A stretch of 57,609 nt of DNA, counting the filler, from Sphacelaria rigidula (Eukaryota), in NCBI GenBank assembly GCA_964200075.2. It is 3 parts of 3 records of this genome, joined end to end, with 100 filler letters (N's around TTAATTAATTAA, not from the genome) between each part and the next. Parts side by side here need not be neighbours in the genome. Positions count along the whole stretch, not along the records: positions 1 to 19,139 come from CAXNAA020000727.1; 2 more parts are not named here. One strand, 5' to 3'. Below the pieces are notes generated by a model that saw only the letters and a program-made list of their open reading frames with translations, did no database searches and was not told where the DNA came from. This document shows, one piece after another, positions 1 to 13,535 of the stretch (position 1 is its first letter; each line of letters begins with the position of its first letter). A program made the translations under genes and the position numbers.

Positions 1-1574
1 AGGTACACAAGTGTGTTCATACTACACCTGTAGGAGCTGGATCGCATAGAAACTGATCAGTCCGACGTGTGAAAAGAAGTCGAGCCTCGCGCTAAATAAG
101 AGTTTGTCAACACCTGCTGCGCTCTGCAAACTCCATTGATCTTCCTCCACGTTGGTGGTCATTGGAACCCGGATGCACGTTCTAAACATGCGATCGTTGC
201 GCCACAATGGGCACCAGGCGCGTGTGGTACCTTTCTCTATCGAGCACACTACCCCCCGAATTACGCATTACCCACGGCCGCATGTCGCAACGTCGTGAAT
301 CTTGATGGCATCGTCACCACCGCCATCTACGTGCTACAGTAGTACTGCACACAGTGTTTCTTCTGCCAGCCGGCGCAGTTCACACCCGCGCATAACACTT
401 CATACTGTATAACACTCTGTGCTGCACTGCACTTCGTTGCAAGCAGTTGCGTTGCTCTGTGCTGCGCTGGGGGTGCATGGTACTGTACTGCGCGGGGATA
501 TACTGTACTGGCATGAACAGTTGGCACAACGGAAACGGGGCTCTCTGCAGCATCCATGTGCTGGTGCGGAGCAAGTTTCAAACTTTTCAAACTTTAGTCA
601 ACTCGTTTCATCTGCTACATGAATGGATTTCAGTAAACCATTTTGCAATGGAATTGCTGCATTGTATAGATGCTCAAACCATTCTGTGTGTCTCTGGCGG
701 TGGTGTTACGCGAGCGCAGTGCTTTCCCATAACACCGGAGGTCAGGTTTCACAGGGGGGGGGGGTGTTAACCCTGGGCGGCACGGATTCTGCCATAGATC
801 CTGGCATAGAGCACTATTGATATTACAATCTGCGAGAGGTTTTGCCTATCTATATATCAACATACCTTGGTCCTCCACGCGCATGCTGCCTCCGCCTGGG
901 CGATACTGTCTGCGCCGTTGCTGCATGCACAGCATATACCGGCCGTCCTGGCGAAATTCGGGCAATTGTCATCATCCACAGTTTTTGGCGGAGGCGTTTA
1001 CAAGGATATGTATATGAAAAGAAGGTCCCTGGTGTGACCGCCTTCTGATTTTGATTTTATGAAGTAAATTCTGTCCTGGTACTTACATCTTCATTTTGCC
1101 GATGACTTTTGGCGTATCTTGAGCCGTCCAAACCCATTATGTCGCCTCCGGAGGCTCCTAAATGGGGGTTGCTTTCCGGGGGGGCATATGCAGGGCACCA
1201 GTACACACGATGGCCACGGACTTCATCTGACCCTGGCACCCCCTTGAAGACTGTGTAGTACCCGTTTTTGAGCTAAAATTCTCGGAGGTATACCCGTTTT
1301 GTCCCACACCCGAAATATTATCCCACCTCTTCCGAAAGGGAACAGCGGGACGAAAAGCCTTTTTTCATCCCGCGGTTCACTCCGCTCACGGAACGCAAAC
1401 CGTCCCACTCGCCGTCAAAGCACAGCTGGACTCTCGCTTCATTTTAACGTTGTTTGTGACAGCAGGGCTACACGAACGACGTCAAAAATCCACCAAGACA
1501 CGAAAGGTGTACACAACGCACTTACGAAGTCGCCATTCATAGGGACATACTAATAAGGATCATAAACTGAAGTC

Positions 1575-4500
1575 ATGTCCTCCGCATCAGGCAAGCTGGC
1601 CGGCAAGGTGGCACTTGTAACCGGTGCGTCCACCGGGATAGGCAAGGTGACGGCGCTGGAATTTGCGAGGGAGGGTGCAAAGGTACGTGCGATCCATGCA
1701 CTATGTCGTGGCAGTAGCACTCCGCTCGTGTGTGCGTCCATACAACAGCGCAGTCAGTGTGTAGCAAGGTGTCTGTGCCGTTCGTTTGACTGCATGAATC
1801 TTTCGTGAGAAGAACAGCAATCGATTGGCCCGGTCGGAGCAGGATTCCATGTGCAGATCGCTCAACCGCCGAACAATTCGCGCCAATCGCTTCATTCAAG
1901 TCGCTGATTCGGGCTCGAACTTGTGTGTAGTTCACCACGTTCACAACAATGGTATACTACTGCATGCCCCACTTTGCTAGATGTTCAGGGCTCATGAACA
2001 TGTCGTGGAAGGTGAACACTAGTGCTGAAAATAAAAAATACCTGTTGGGATATGCCGGACCATCAAGCTCGTTCACAAGAATGACCGACCGTTTCCGCTC
2101 AACAGACCGCTTTTGCAGAAGCGAGATCGCGCCTTTGTCGCAAAAGACGAAACAACCCATACAAGAAGCCTTGGCCGGGACCTGCCGGGGGTTGTCTCGC
2201 AATTGGTAACGTAAGATAGCTCTGAGCCTGACGTCTTACTCAAATTATTTTATTTCGTCTCCCTTTATTTCTTCGCGGCTGGTGCTGACTGGTGTTCATT
2301 TTTCTCGCGATATGGCTGCGTTGTGACCGAGGGCTTCATTTGTAGCGAGTCCGTTGAAGCTTTGAAGAAGTTCGGCTTCCACCGACCAAACAAACATGTT
2401 CGAGGGCTGTGGTCATTAGTATCAGATTATACCTTGTAGTGACGGGAAATGGACAGGAAGCTGTATCCTCGGGGTGACACTCAGCACAGACAGTGCAGTA
2501 CAGACAGTAGTGTCTGCACTCGACGTGCATATGCAGTATACCATACAGACAGTAGTCCAGACAGTACAGCGTGTGGTTTCAGTTTCAGTGATCAATATCG
2601 CTGGCTATATCGCTGTGGTGGGGGCTTGAAAAGCGTCCCGACGAACACTGCCGAAAGCGGTCTTCTTTGCGGCGTTAGGGATAACCGTCCGTACTTCGAC
2701 TATCAGTGCACTAAGTTTGCAACCTTTTTTCTGGGTAGTGCTCGACATGGGAATGTTCAGGCAGGCGGTGCCAGGACACGACACACCTTCGCGCGAGTAT
2801 CCCGCGTTGCACTGCGAGAACAAGAGCCGATTTGGCATAATAGGGGCCTCTATTATCGACGAATTAAAAAAACGGGAAAAGGTCTGAAATTTCCGCAATC
2901 CACCAGGTGTGCTCGAAAAAAATGCGAGGTCCTACGCCGATTTTTTCAATCGTAGGTGTTTTCAGGGGGGGAGGGGTGGAGGTGTCACTAAATTCCATAC
3001 ATCAATAAAAAATAAAAATAAAAGGATAGGAAGAATGAAAATTCGGATTAATGAAGCTTTGAAGCTTTGATTCTTCGCATACCTTCGGAGCCAAGGTCCA
3101 GTTATATTCATGAGTTTCGGCACTACGTTGCACATCACACTTCCACGACAAGAACAAGACAAGACAAATACCACGATGATCTGCAATGCTGTTAAATATC
3201 TCTTACAGGTGGTGCTGATCTCGTCGTTTGCTTGCCTTCGCCGGCAAAATAAAGGACCGGGTTACGCTACCTGCCCGTGTATGGCGTTCACAACTGTGGT
3301 GAAATTTTTTATCACAACCTCTGTGTGAACTGAGGGGGGGGGGGGGGGGGAGTGGGACAAGAGAGGGGGTGAACGACCGGCTTTTTGGGGAGGTCGGGAG
3401 GGCCCCAAAAAATAAAAAAAAAAAACCTGGNNNNNNNNNNCCACCCCTACCCGTATGTGCGGCACACATCTGTGGGGAATGTTTTTCCCGCCAGCCACGT
3501 CTGACCCGGGGGGGGGGGGGGTAGTCGGACAGACGAGGGCGTGATCGACCAGCTTTCTCGGGATGCTGCAGCAGCTCACACAAGTAAAACAAAAACGACT
3601 GGAGAAAACCCCGTGGATAAATTGCTGCATGCTTGTTTTTTGTGAGTTGTATGCGCATATACACCCAATTAGACCGCCAGCTGAACACTTTTTAACCGAT
3701 GCGGGAGCGTACACACGTGGCAGCACCGCAGGCAAGTAGACAGCTACTGGATTGATTCTGCCCTTCACTTCGAAAGTGCGCATGTCTGCAAACGACACCC
3801 CCCGTGCTTGATCCCAACAGCTCCAACAACGCTGTCGGGGCACACACAGTCTAAATCGATGAATGCCGCCAAAACCCGCGGCGCTCTTTTCTTCACGACT
3901 TAGCCCAGGGCTTGGCAAGCAAGTTTCGTGATGATTTTCGCATGTTGGCGAGCGCCACGGCGTGCGCCAAGGGTAGCTCTGCGGAGTATTGCGCTGCGGT
4001 TCGAAATATTCGGCGTTCGCCAAACGTGAAGGCTTGGCGAAAAAAATCTAGCTGCTTTATGTTCGAAGAACGCCAAGCGCCAGGTGCAAAACCAAGGATG
4101 TCGATCACCTGCGCACCCGTAATTACCGGTAACACCTATGAGGGGTAGGTGATGCATATTTTGACGGTAATAAGGCCAACTACTACGGGAGCGTTTGAAA
4201 TCTCATTTTAACAATTTCAGAGGAGTTTTTTCTTTATCATCACGGTGAACGGACACAAAATGCACAGCTACGGCAAAGAAAAAGAAAAGGTCGTTCAAAT
4301 TTAATACAACATAAATTTTCGAACACTCCCATAAGAGTTGACGTAGACCTTAGGTCAACTCTTATGGGAGCGTTCGAAAAATTATTTTGCAACAACTTCA
4401 GAGGAGTTTTTTTTCCTCGTCATCACGGTGAACGGGCACAAAATACACAGCTACGGCAAAGAAGAAAACAAAGTCGTTTCAAATTGTTGCAGCACAAAAT

Positions 4501-7500
4501 TCTAAACGCTCCCATAAGAGTTGGCCTAAGGGTCCCAAATTTCGGTCGCATCTACGGGCCCCACATTTTTCTCGCAGTGTTGCGAAGCTGTGACGAGCAT
4601 GGCGAGGGCAGTATGATCCAGGAGACACTTGGTTACATGCCGGAATGGTTTCATTTTGTGCGTGTGTACAGAAGAGTGAGAGCGTCTTGCAATTTGTGCG
4701 CGATCGCTAGGTTCACCAGGCAGACAGCACGCTTCATCGGACTTACTCGCATTCATAAATTGAAAATAAACCGGCGGCATCAAGGCGACAACATGATAGC
4801 AGCGATACTGTAGAATGCGGTGGAATGATGGTGCGGAAGTGTAGTACTACAAAAAAGATGATTGGTACGACGAAGCGACGTGATGAAATGTACTCTAAGT
4901 ACTTGTACTTCGTACCTTGCGTACAAGTACATTCGCAATGTATGCGAAACAAGTGATGCGAAATAGTATACAGTAAACATATTAACATGCAACACACGTA
5001 ATACAAGCATCAACACAGGCATCCATACATGAAGATATACATGAGTCATACCTAGCACTACACCGGAATACATGTGTACTATACATACATGAGAAGTGCA
5101 TTACAAACGCTAAAAGTGCGATCAAAACTCCTCTGGCGTTAATATACTGATTTAAGTTTGGAACTGTGGAAACCCGGGGGTAAACTACGAATCATCCCCG
5201 TTTTGCGGTAATCAGAGGTGAGTTATTAAAACAGCTAATTTCAGGAAAGTACGGTAAGTTATTAATCTAATCTGGGGTAATCGACATGCTTGGCAAAACC
5301 GCCTAAAATCTCGGCGATCTCCGAAACAAATGTGTCGATAACAGCGGCACTACAGTAACTCAACTGTGAAGATCGTACCTACCCATGTAATCAAAACAGA
5401 CAAGACGAGAAGAGAACGATAAATAATTTTATAATTATAAATGGTCCACAACGCCATTATCGCGAAACATCACGCGCCATTCCCGGCGGAGGCCAACAAG
5501 AATGGTGATGACGATGTCATGTCTTTATAGCAATTCGCGAACAGACCCGGAATTCCCATCAAGCGGCGATCATGCTCAAGGTACATCGGCATGGTTGTAC
5601 AGTCGAAACACGGACCGTCCATTCGCATGAGGGAGAGAGACAGTAGCAGCAGCAGCAGGGTCGAAACCGGCTGATTCAGTCCCACCCCGACCATAAACCG
5701 TTTCTGCTGTTACTGCTTCTTTCCTTGTGCGAGAGACAGTCCGCGTTTCAACCGCGGGACAATGCACGTTGCGCATCGTCGCTGCCCTGCTTAGAATCCC
5801 TGTCCGTACGTACTACGCGCCGACGGGACTATGCTTGCTCGCTCGGTGAAGTGCCGGGAGACAGCTGTGCCCCTCACTCTTTCTTCCCGTGCATGCTGGG
5901 GGGTTGTCTCTTTCGTAACCCTGAGCCGTACCACACACACGTGGCAATCACTAATATTCAATTAACTCGAGGGCTTGTTGGGTGAGTATAAGCGGTACTC
6001 GGATATTTTGAAAAATAGTCGTACTCACAGTACTCAAAATGTGCAGTGGAGTATGGAGATCGTACCCAATCTACCCATAGCTGAGGAGCGTACGAGCTGG
6101 GCCAGCCTAGAGAAGGGTTGAAACTCTCAGAGCAATTTTCCATCGACACAGACGAGTTGGGCCGTAATCCCGGGTATCGCTGAGCGTACTTGGCCATGAC
6201 TATTCCACGTCATACCCAATTTATCCACAATTTGGGCAGCGTATAAGAGGTCGTACCCAAATGACGACCGATCAAACGGAATGTTGCGAGTGCAGGGGTG
6301 CGAACTGCTATGTACGGCAAACTTGGTCATCGCAGGAAAGTACTCCGTCATCAGCTTGGCGTGAGACACCAATGCGGTGTCTTGTGGCGCCCGATCATCG
6401 GACTGGAGAAACTGAGGTTGTATCGAACCCGTGACTAACGGACCCCAGAACCCCAGATAAAAAACTTTCAACGTGATCCCTCTGACTGCGCCCCCCCCCC
6501 GCTCCCACCCCCTGCACTTGGACTTCGTTCGATTGTCAAGTTAACCCGCTTTTCGGGTAACAGCATGCCTAATTCTCTTGGAACAACCGCGACGTGCGGC
6601 TTTTCTGTTGAACTGATCGCAGAAGAACTTCTGCAGGTTTTCGGCCAACTGGTCCGAGTTCATGGATGTCTTTCCCTTGCCGTGTTCCTTGCATGCATTT
6701 ATCCCTTCTCATCTTCGGTGTATTCAGCCTTCCAACTCTACTAACATCAGACGGATATTTCAACCATCTGTCTTTTTCTCGACCAGCTCGCGTAGTAGAC
6801 CCTCCTGTGCTTCTCTGCTCCGTGTGTGCTCACCGGTCAGGTGGTTCTAGTCGCAAGGAATGCAGACAAGCTGAAGCTGGTGGCTGACGAGATCAAGGCT
6901 GCCGGGGGGGAAGCTCTCGCTGTGGCCGGCGACGCTTCCAAGGTACGAAATCCTGTACAGCAGTAGCTTTTTGGGGTCCCCGAGGAGTACGAAGATCGCA
7001 TATTCCCATTGTAGCACTGCGTTCTTTGGTTTCCTGTATAGTTTCTTGCTGTTTACCCTCTTGTAATTGCCTTCTTGTCGTTGCCGGTACAGGAAGCCGA
7101 CTGCAAGAACATGGTGGACATGGCCGTGTCTACCTACGGCGGCCTGCACGTGGCGTTCAACAACCACGGCATCTTCCAGGGTAGTTCGTTCGCCGAGATG
7201 ACGGATGAGATGGCGACTTCCCTTCTGGACATCAACCTCAAGTCTCTCATCTTCTGCTTCAAGTACGAGGTATGGGCATGACAGGACCGATGTAAGATTC
7301 TGCATTTCCGAGGCCAGGCGTGGAGCTGGCACCCAACGCCTGTGAAACACAGCCGAGCACTGTTGCGAACTCTTTTGATCACCCAGGAATGTCTCAGCAT
7401 ACGCTGAACTTGCACAATGCTTTTGCTGAAAATGACTCAGATGTGGGTGTTCCCTCCACGATTGCCCCAAGTCTAACTGACGATCGAGCGAGTAATGACT

Positions 7501-10500
7501 CCAAGGCCACGACCGCGATAAGAGGACAGAGCCCTCCGTTGATATTTTATCTCGAGGATAGTTTATCGGTCGGACGCTCGGAATCATGCGCGCTTTTTGA
7601 ATGTGTTTGTATGTATGCCTTTTTCGCTGCGTACTCTGGTCCTTGCTTGTTTCCACTTCGTCCTCTTTTTTTACTGTGTTATTTTCGTCATTTTTATTTG
7701 CTGCACATTAAATCCCTCCCCCTCGGCACGACTCCGTGGTATCTCAAAATCAACTCATCTCTGCCCGGTACACGCCTCGGACCCCCTATGGGTTTGGCGT
7801 CGGTTGGCAATCACGCCGTGAAACACACCACTTACTCCGTGAGCTAGGAAACCAGCTACTACGGTTGGGTTTTTTTGCGGTAGCGATGATGGCGATGGAG
7901 CTACAGTAGGTCATACTGTGCGGGGTAGGAGAACCTCAATTCGGCGCAAAGTGGATAAGCGTACCACGTAATGTTGAAATGATGAGACTCACGATGCATG
8001 GTGTAGGCTGTGGCTGTATCCGGAAGTGGCGATACCAGGAATGAAGCAGCTCATTGTTGGCTAAAACGCAAGATGATCTGTTCGCTTCGGGCCGAACAGT
8101 CTTGGCAGGATGCACTCTCCCTTCATGCGACTCGCTGAAGACATCATGACGCTTCGCACTTGGTGACGGGGAGCCTGTCTGGTCCAGCGAATCCCGTCGT
8201 GCTCCGGCCCGGCTTTGAAGGGACCCTAGGTCAATGGTCACATGATTATGGCGTGCAAGATCATGAGAACACCGCCGACACGCCCGCGGAGGAGCCCCAA
8301 ACGGGAGGATCGCACGATGGCCCAGAACCGCCACCAGCGCCGGGTAGGCATCNNNNNNNNNNCGGGTTTTGAGGGGACCCTAGGTAAAGGGTACAATGTT
8401 TATGGGGGGCAAAACAAGGAAACCCCCCCCCCCCCCCCCCCCCGGTACACGCCTTAAACTTGAGTCTCGCGGATGGGGCCAGAGCATCCCCCCACGAAGC
8501 GTCAACTTTCTTCAACCATCCTTGTTCATTCTCTCCATCAATCTTGTAACGTGCAACATGCCACAGTCTTCACTTTTCTTATTGTGACCACGTTTCGTTG
8601 TGTACGCAGATCCCTGCTATGGCTAAGTCAGGAGACAAAGGATCCATCATCGTCAACAGCTCATCGATGGGCATCAGGGCAAGCGCGATGTTCAAAACCG
8701 CGGGGGTGTACTCGGCCAGTAAGGCGGGTGCAAACATGCTGGTTCAATATGCGGCGATGGAGGTCAGTTTATACTTTGCCAAAAACGAGCCAGATCCCCG
8801 TGTACAGTAGGCGGGTGTCCGATATTGTGCGGGTGAAATCGCTTGGCACAACTTGGACCCCTCTATAGTGCGGGTAACGCACTGTAGAAAGAGTGCCTCT
8901 ACAATGCGGGTTTGGTTCACTCCACGATCCTATATATAATGCGGGTCTGACGTCACCCCCGCCCTAAGTGCGATCAAACCGCCGCAAATACACGCGAAAA
9001 TCACGCATAAAACACAACCACCAATCGTACAGCACTGAGCGAGGGTTTCGGGGTTGTGTTGAAACGGCGTCCCGTGTAAGTTTCGTTTTTTTTGTAGTTG
9101 AGCTGTTTGGTGAACCCTGTGATAATTTTCGTACGTGACAAAAAAGTGGAACGGCGAAAACAAAATGAACCATCCACGGGACCTTGCACACACAGCCCGT
9201 TGGTACTCTCACGGTACGAAAATGTGATGAACCAAGTATTGTACGGCAGTACTGTCCTGCTGTACTGTAGTTACACCCGTGTTCAGGGTGCGGATACTGT
9301 ATTCACCGCTGCAATATGCTGTCCTCTCCGCATCTCGAAGAGGTGCAGGCTCCTATCGCGTAAACAACACATCCAACACACTTTATGCCTTCATACACCT
9401 CGCTGTACGGTGCCTCGTATGCTTTAAACTAGTACCACCGTCAATAGTGCGCCTTCCAGCACTTTTGTGGGTTCTTAGAACCCTGAATAGTGCGGGAAAG
9501 CGCACTGATCGGGCTGGTTTTTATATTGTGCGGGTGCCCGGTATAGTGCGGGTAAATCTTCGTGACATATACCCGCACTAAATAGGGCCGCCTACTGTAC
9601 ATGCGATGGGGGGGTATGGGGGAGGGTGATCAGGTTGGGGTTCCATGGATGCGCCTCCTTTCGCCTCCTTTTCAATAACATGGAGGCGGTATTTCTGGAT
9701 ATTGGGCGCCCTAACATGAGGCGCCCTAACGTAGGACACCTCGCGTACAATGATGCTTGAACTTGATGTCTGTGTCGCTTGAAGCCGCAGGTGGGTGTTG
9801 ACCCAGTAGTGTGTTATCTTCCCTTGGAGTGTCGATGACCCGAGGCGTTTTGTGGACCGCTTGGCTTCGAAGAATGGCAATGCAAGATGCCGCGGTGATT
9901 CCGAAAACTAGAGCACCTCGTAATGGTAACAGGGGGGGTCACGATATGAGATCTTCGAGGAGCCGCGGGTAGGTCTCGCCAGCCTTGATGTTAACGTCAA
10001 TCCCCTGTCGGTTGAGGCTGGCACAAAAATGGGAAATAACTACCAGTGAAGGCTTTCCATATGTTGAGGGGTCGATACCCTTGAGTTTTATACGTCATGT
10101 CGAGCAAAAAGAGGCAGCAAAGCGTGGCCAAAGAGAAGAGTGTGTTCAGCCGAGGACCACTGAGGACCTCTTGGGGCAGGAGGCAACGTCTCCCCCCTCA
10201 GGGGGCCAAAGTTCGATGGGCGGTTACCATAACCGTCTGAGAACGACAGGGGCGGTAGATGTAGTTTTTTTGTGTCACAATCAACTGGAGATTTTTCACG
10301 GCGCTTGCTCCCACGTCAAGATGGTGATCTCTCTGACGGGCGCTTGATCCGTCTTCTGCGGAGTGATTTGATATTCGGATTGGTTGGGTATAGGGCAGAG
10401 TGCAGGTTGCAATCTGATTTTTATTTCGCGGATGGATCGCGGATATTCTAGCCCTGCTGAGGCGTGGTGCGCATCGTCAATCAGTACTACGGTACTCGTT

Positions 10501-13500
10501 TCACTGCAGCTAGCAACACACAGTGTTGACTTTGTCGGGTATCGCCGTGGCGATATGCACATCGTGCAATAAACGCTTTTTTCTCCGCAGTAACATGCGT
10601 TCTATTCCATCCGGCGGCCAAATGTGATGACGCACGTCTGTAGCGCCAGGTATTCGTGTTGATGGGGGTAACTCTCTTCCGAAGACGCCCGCCCCTCTAG
10701 TCTCGGCATATTTCACGCCGTGGAGCGTACCTGTCTCCAATTAGCGCCGCGGATGATGAGGGACAATCGCTGTAAAATGACTCCATGATATTGGAAGGAA
10801 ACGATACTGTGTATCGTCGACGGGCAGTGAATCAGCCATTTCACGAAGACCTTCTGCACCCAAGGAAATGATGCATCATGGGAGTAACTGCAGATTCTCG
10901 TTTTTTTCCTGGACTTGTAACATCATCTGGTTTTTGCTGCAATTTCAAATCCCCACAACTTTCTTCGTTCTTTTTTACTTTGCTGCTCTTGTCATATTCC
11001 GCATGTCGATCGTAATGAGCTGCTGTCAAAATTCCAGCGTCCAACTCCCGAGTTGACGCTGTGGTGTGCGTATCGCCTACGCAAGAAAATTACCCACTGT
11101 TGGCTGGCTCAGCTCGTAATCCCTGGTGGCCTCCGTTCTTTTCTTCTCAACCCTCGCTCTTAACCTTTGGATACAAATCAGATTTGTGTTGATTGACGCG
11201 CTCGATGGTTGTTGTTGTTGTTGTTGTTTTCTTCAAAATGGGGAACCCGTTCCAGTATCTAAACAGTACCCTTTACTGAGCATCTGATGCGGACGCCTTT
11301 TGTGGTCACAGGCTGACTACCCGAAATGGGATATGACACAACAAAGAAGAAAAACGGACGCAAAAAAATTGACGCATACACGAAACGGAAGAAGTTCAAA
11401 TAGAAGCAAATGACGAATCAAATCAGGTGCGGTACTCATAGCTGATTGGGTAAACCCTCGACCAGTAGCGTCCGTTATCTGGGGAAGAAGCGAGGCGTCC
11501 GTGTGGTCCACAGTAGCGAAACCTGAAACAAAATGTGGTTCCCTCCGGACATGATGATCAGTGCTGGTACGATGATTCTTTGTACTGCCGTGGTTCGATA
11601 CCCGTCTTCCAAGCAGGTTTTCCGTGTATTTTCCACGACCGTCCACTCAGGAAGACGCATGCCACATGTGTTTCCCGTGGCCTCCGCGTCTGTGTTTCAG
11701 TTACATTTCACATTTGGTGTGTATGTGCACGTTGCCATGCCGAAAAACGTACTGCAGGGAGCGGAGAGCAATGTGCGCGTCAACGCTGTCGCGCCGGGAC
11801 ACGTGACCACCCCGATCTACGGAGATGTGCCCGACGAAGCCCTTGCCGGAATGAGCAAGGCGAACCACATTATCGAGCGCCCCCTCAAGCCAGAAGAGGT
11901 ATGGTGAAGCATAGCGGAACAATCGCAAAACGAAGTAGACATGTTCCTTACGAGCTGGTTCCCGCTTGTCAACCAAAATTCGCTCATCCGACACTGTCTA
12001 CACCGATTCTTGGAGTGAGGTTCAGCACCTAGCTTCGAGAATCAGCGTGATCATTTGCGTTTTTGTGCGATGAAGTGAGCTTGGAAGGTACAAATTCCTG
12101 GTGACGTACGTCAAAAGTATTGAAGCGTGTTTTAATGTTACAGCAAAAAAGATTTCACCAGGATTCCGAGCTCCGCAACGAAGTTTTGTACAACTATTGG
12201 TTACGCGCCTACCTCGAGAAGGGTACAATCTATGTTTTGCTTCACACAGCAATGCGCGGACTGAACTGAAATATTTTCCATGACATATTTTTCATTCGCA
12301 GCACCAGGATCTACCGAACTGACTGCCCAGTCAGTGGCGAATTTTGAAGGCGATTCGAACTTTTGTATGAGGGGCTTTGTGAGCATTTCGTGCACATCAG
12401 TGGAAGTCAGACACCAAAACCCCGTATCACCGGAACACCATGCTTTCGGGAATAACTCCATCGCGTAGTAACGGTTTACACTTTGTTTCTTGCAGTAAAT
12501 GCCTGATGTCGATTACTCCATGTCGGGTTGCATGTGGAGAAGGGATAAGCTGGGTTGGGAATTCGAACATTTCGTTCCAAAATAATTCGAAGGCCACCGA
12601 TTAGTCAGGGTGACGTCTCGCCCTCAGCGGCGTAGACATGGTGGTTGTGAAGAGTTCGGCTATGAGTCACCTTTAGTTGTGCACGGCGGTCAGTTTTACA
12701 CCGCATATGCGACTATTTGATAGATACTGCGGAAGGCGTTTAGAACGGACATACTTGTGGGTAGTACACGTGAACGGTCTCGTATCCATGTTGGTTTCCT
12801 GGAAAACGTAGACAACTTTCGGTTTCTGAGGAGACCATCGAGGTATGCTCTTGTTCTCCGTATGGCCTTCAAATTTTATCGTTCGCAGTGTATGTCCAGC
12901 CTGATCACACCCGAAACGGTCCACAAGAACCACTGTTTCCACCTGAGGGGGGCAACGGTAATTCAGTAAGGGTCCCGATTTAGCGGCATATACTGAAGTG
13001 GGGAAATTTTTAACTCGCCCTTCAGGGCATGCCGCTACTGCTGAATGGTGGGAGCGGCATACTTGCCGCTGTTGAGGATGGAGGCGACACGCATCTGATC
13101 AATGACAAGTACTAAAGTTCTCCATACACACCACGACTGGCAACACCATGTCTCTACCGAGTTCGAACGTGCGCATGAACTATTCCGCCCTGCGTGTGAA
13201 GAACCCATACTTGAAATTTTAAGGTGGTATGAACTTCGTGCCCGCATGTAGCCGTTCTCGCAGTTGCCATGTGAGTAAATCCGTTTCCCGCTCACCCGCG
13301 CTTGGGAGCAACATTGTAAGAGAACAAAAATAATGCTTCCGGCCTCACGCCCTTTGCCCTCTGCCGTCCATCCCGATTATTTTCCCGAAATACTTCGCCG
13401 GTCCCCGCGTGACACGCACACGGCGTCACTCCTCTTCAGATTTCTAAGGCGGCGTTATTCCTGGCCTCTGATGATGCTTCCGCCGTCACGGGATCCATCT

Positions 13501-13535
13501 GGACCGTCGATGGTGGATGGGCGAACAAAGCTTGA
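1575..13535 (+). CDS. Classical short-chain dehydrogenase/reductase (SDR, FabG/glucose-1-dehydrogenase-like), 6 exons, 258 aa
   Basis: Exons 1575-1682, 6841-6942, 7093-7269, 8610-8762, 11758-11898, 13440-13535, all bounded by GT..AG, all phase 0, joining into one ORF. Motifs: TGASTGIG (TGxxxGxG Rossmann), NNHG (NNAG-like), catalytic S in NSSS and YSASK (YxxxK), [10 protein letters not shown]-terminal [20 protein letters not shown]. Confidence 0.95.
4174..4526. mobile_element. Two head-to-tail copies of a ~172-bp MITE (Tourist/PIF-Harbinger-like)
   Basis: Copies 4174-4343 and 4353-4526 share internal sequence. Each has ~25-30-bp TIRs (GGYCAACTCTTATGGGAGCGTT...AACGCTCCCATAAGAGTTGGCC) with TAA/TTA-type flanks. 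Confidence 0.7.
7715..8280. repeat. Interspersed repeat, copy 1 (in SDR intron 3)
   Basis: Colinear similarity with 46010-46520 (e.g. GGAGAACCTCAA, GGAAGTGGCGA, CGCTTCGCACTTGGTGA, CCCGGCTTTG, AAGATCATGAG). A related fragment lies at ~47290-47400. Confidence 0.75.
8805..9597. mobile_element. Non-autonomous Tc1/mariner(pogo)-like DNA element in SDR intron 4
   Basis: TA|CAGTAGGCGG ... CCGCCTACTG|TA termini with TA target duplication. Multiple subterminal TAGTGCGGGT-like repeats near both ends. No transposase ORF. Confidence 0.7.

Noticed and set aside
8200-8445. Apparent local duplication around a 10-N gap (similarly 3330-3620)
   Set aside because: The second copy is a homopolymer-distorted version of the first next to a gap, consistent with low-quality read ends.
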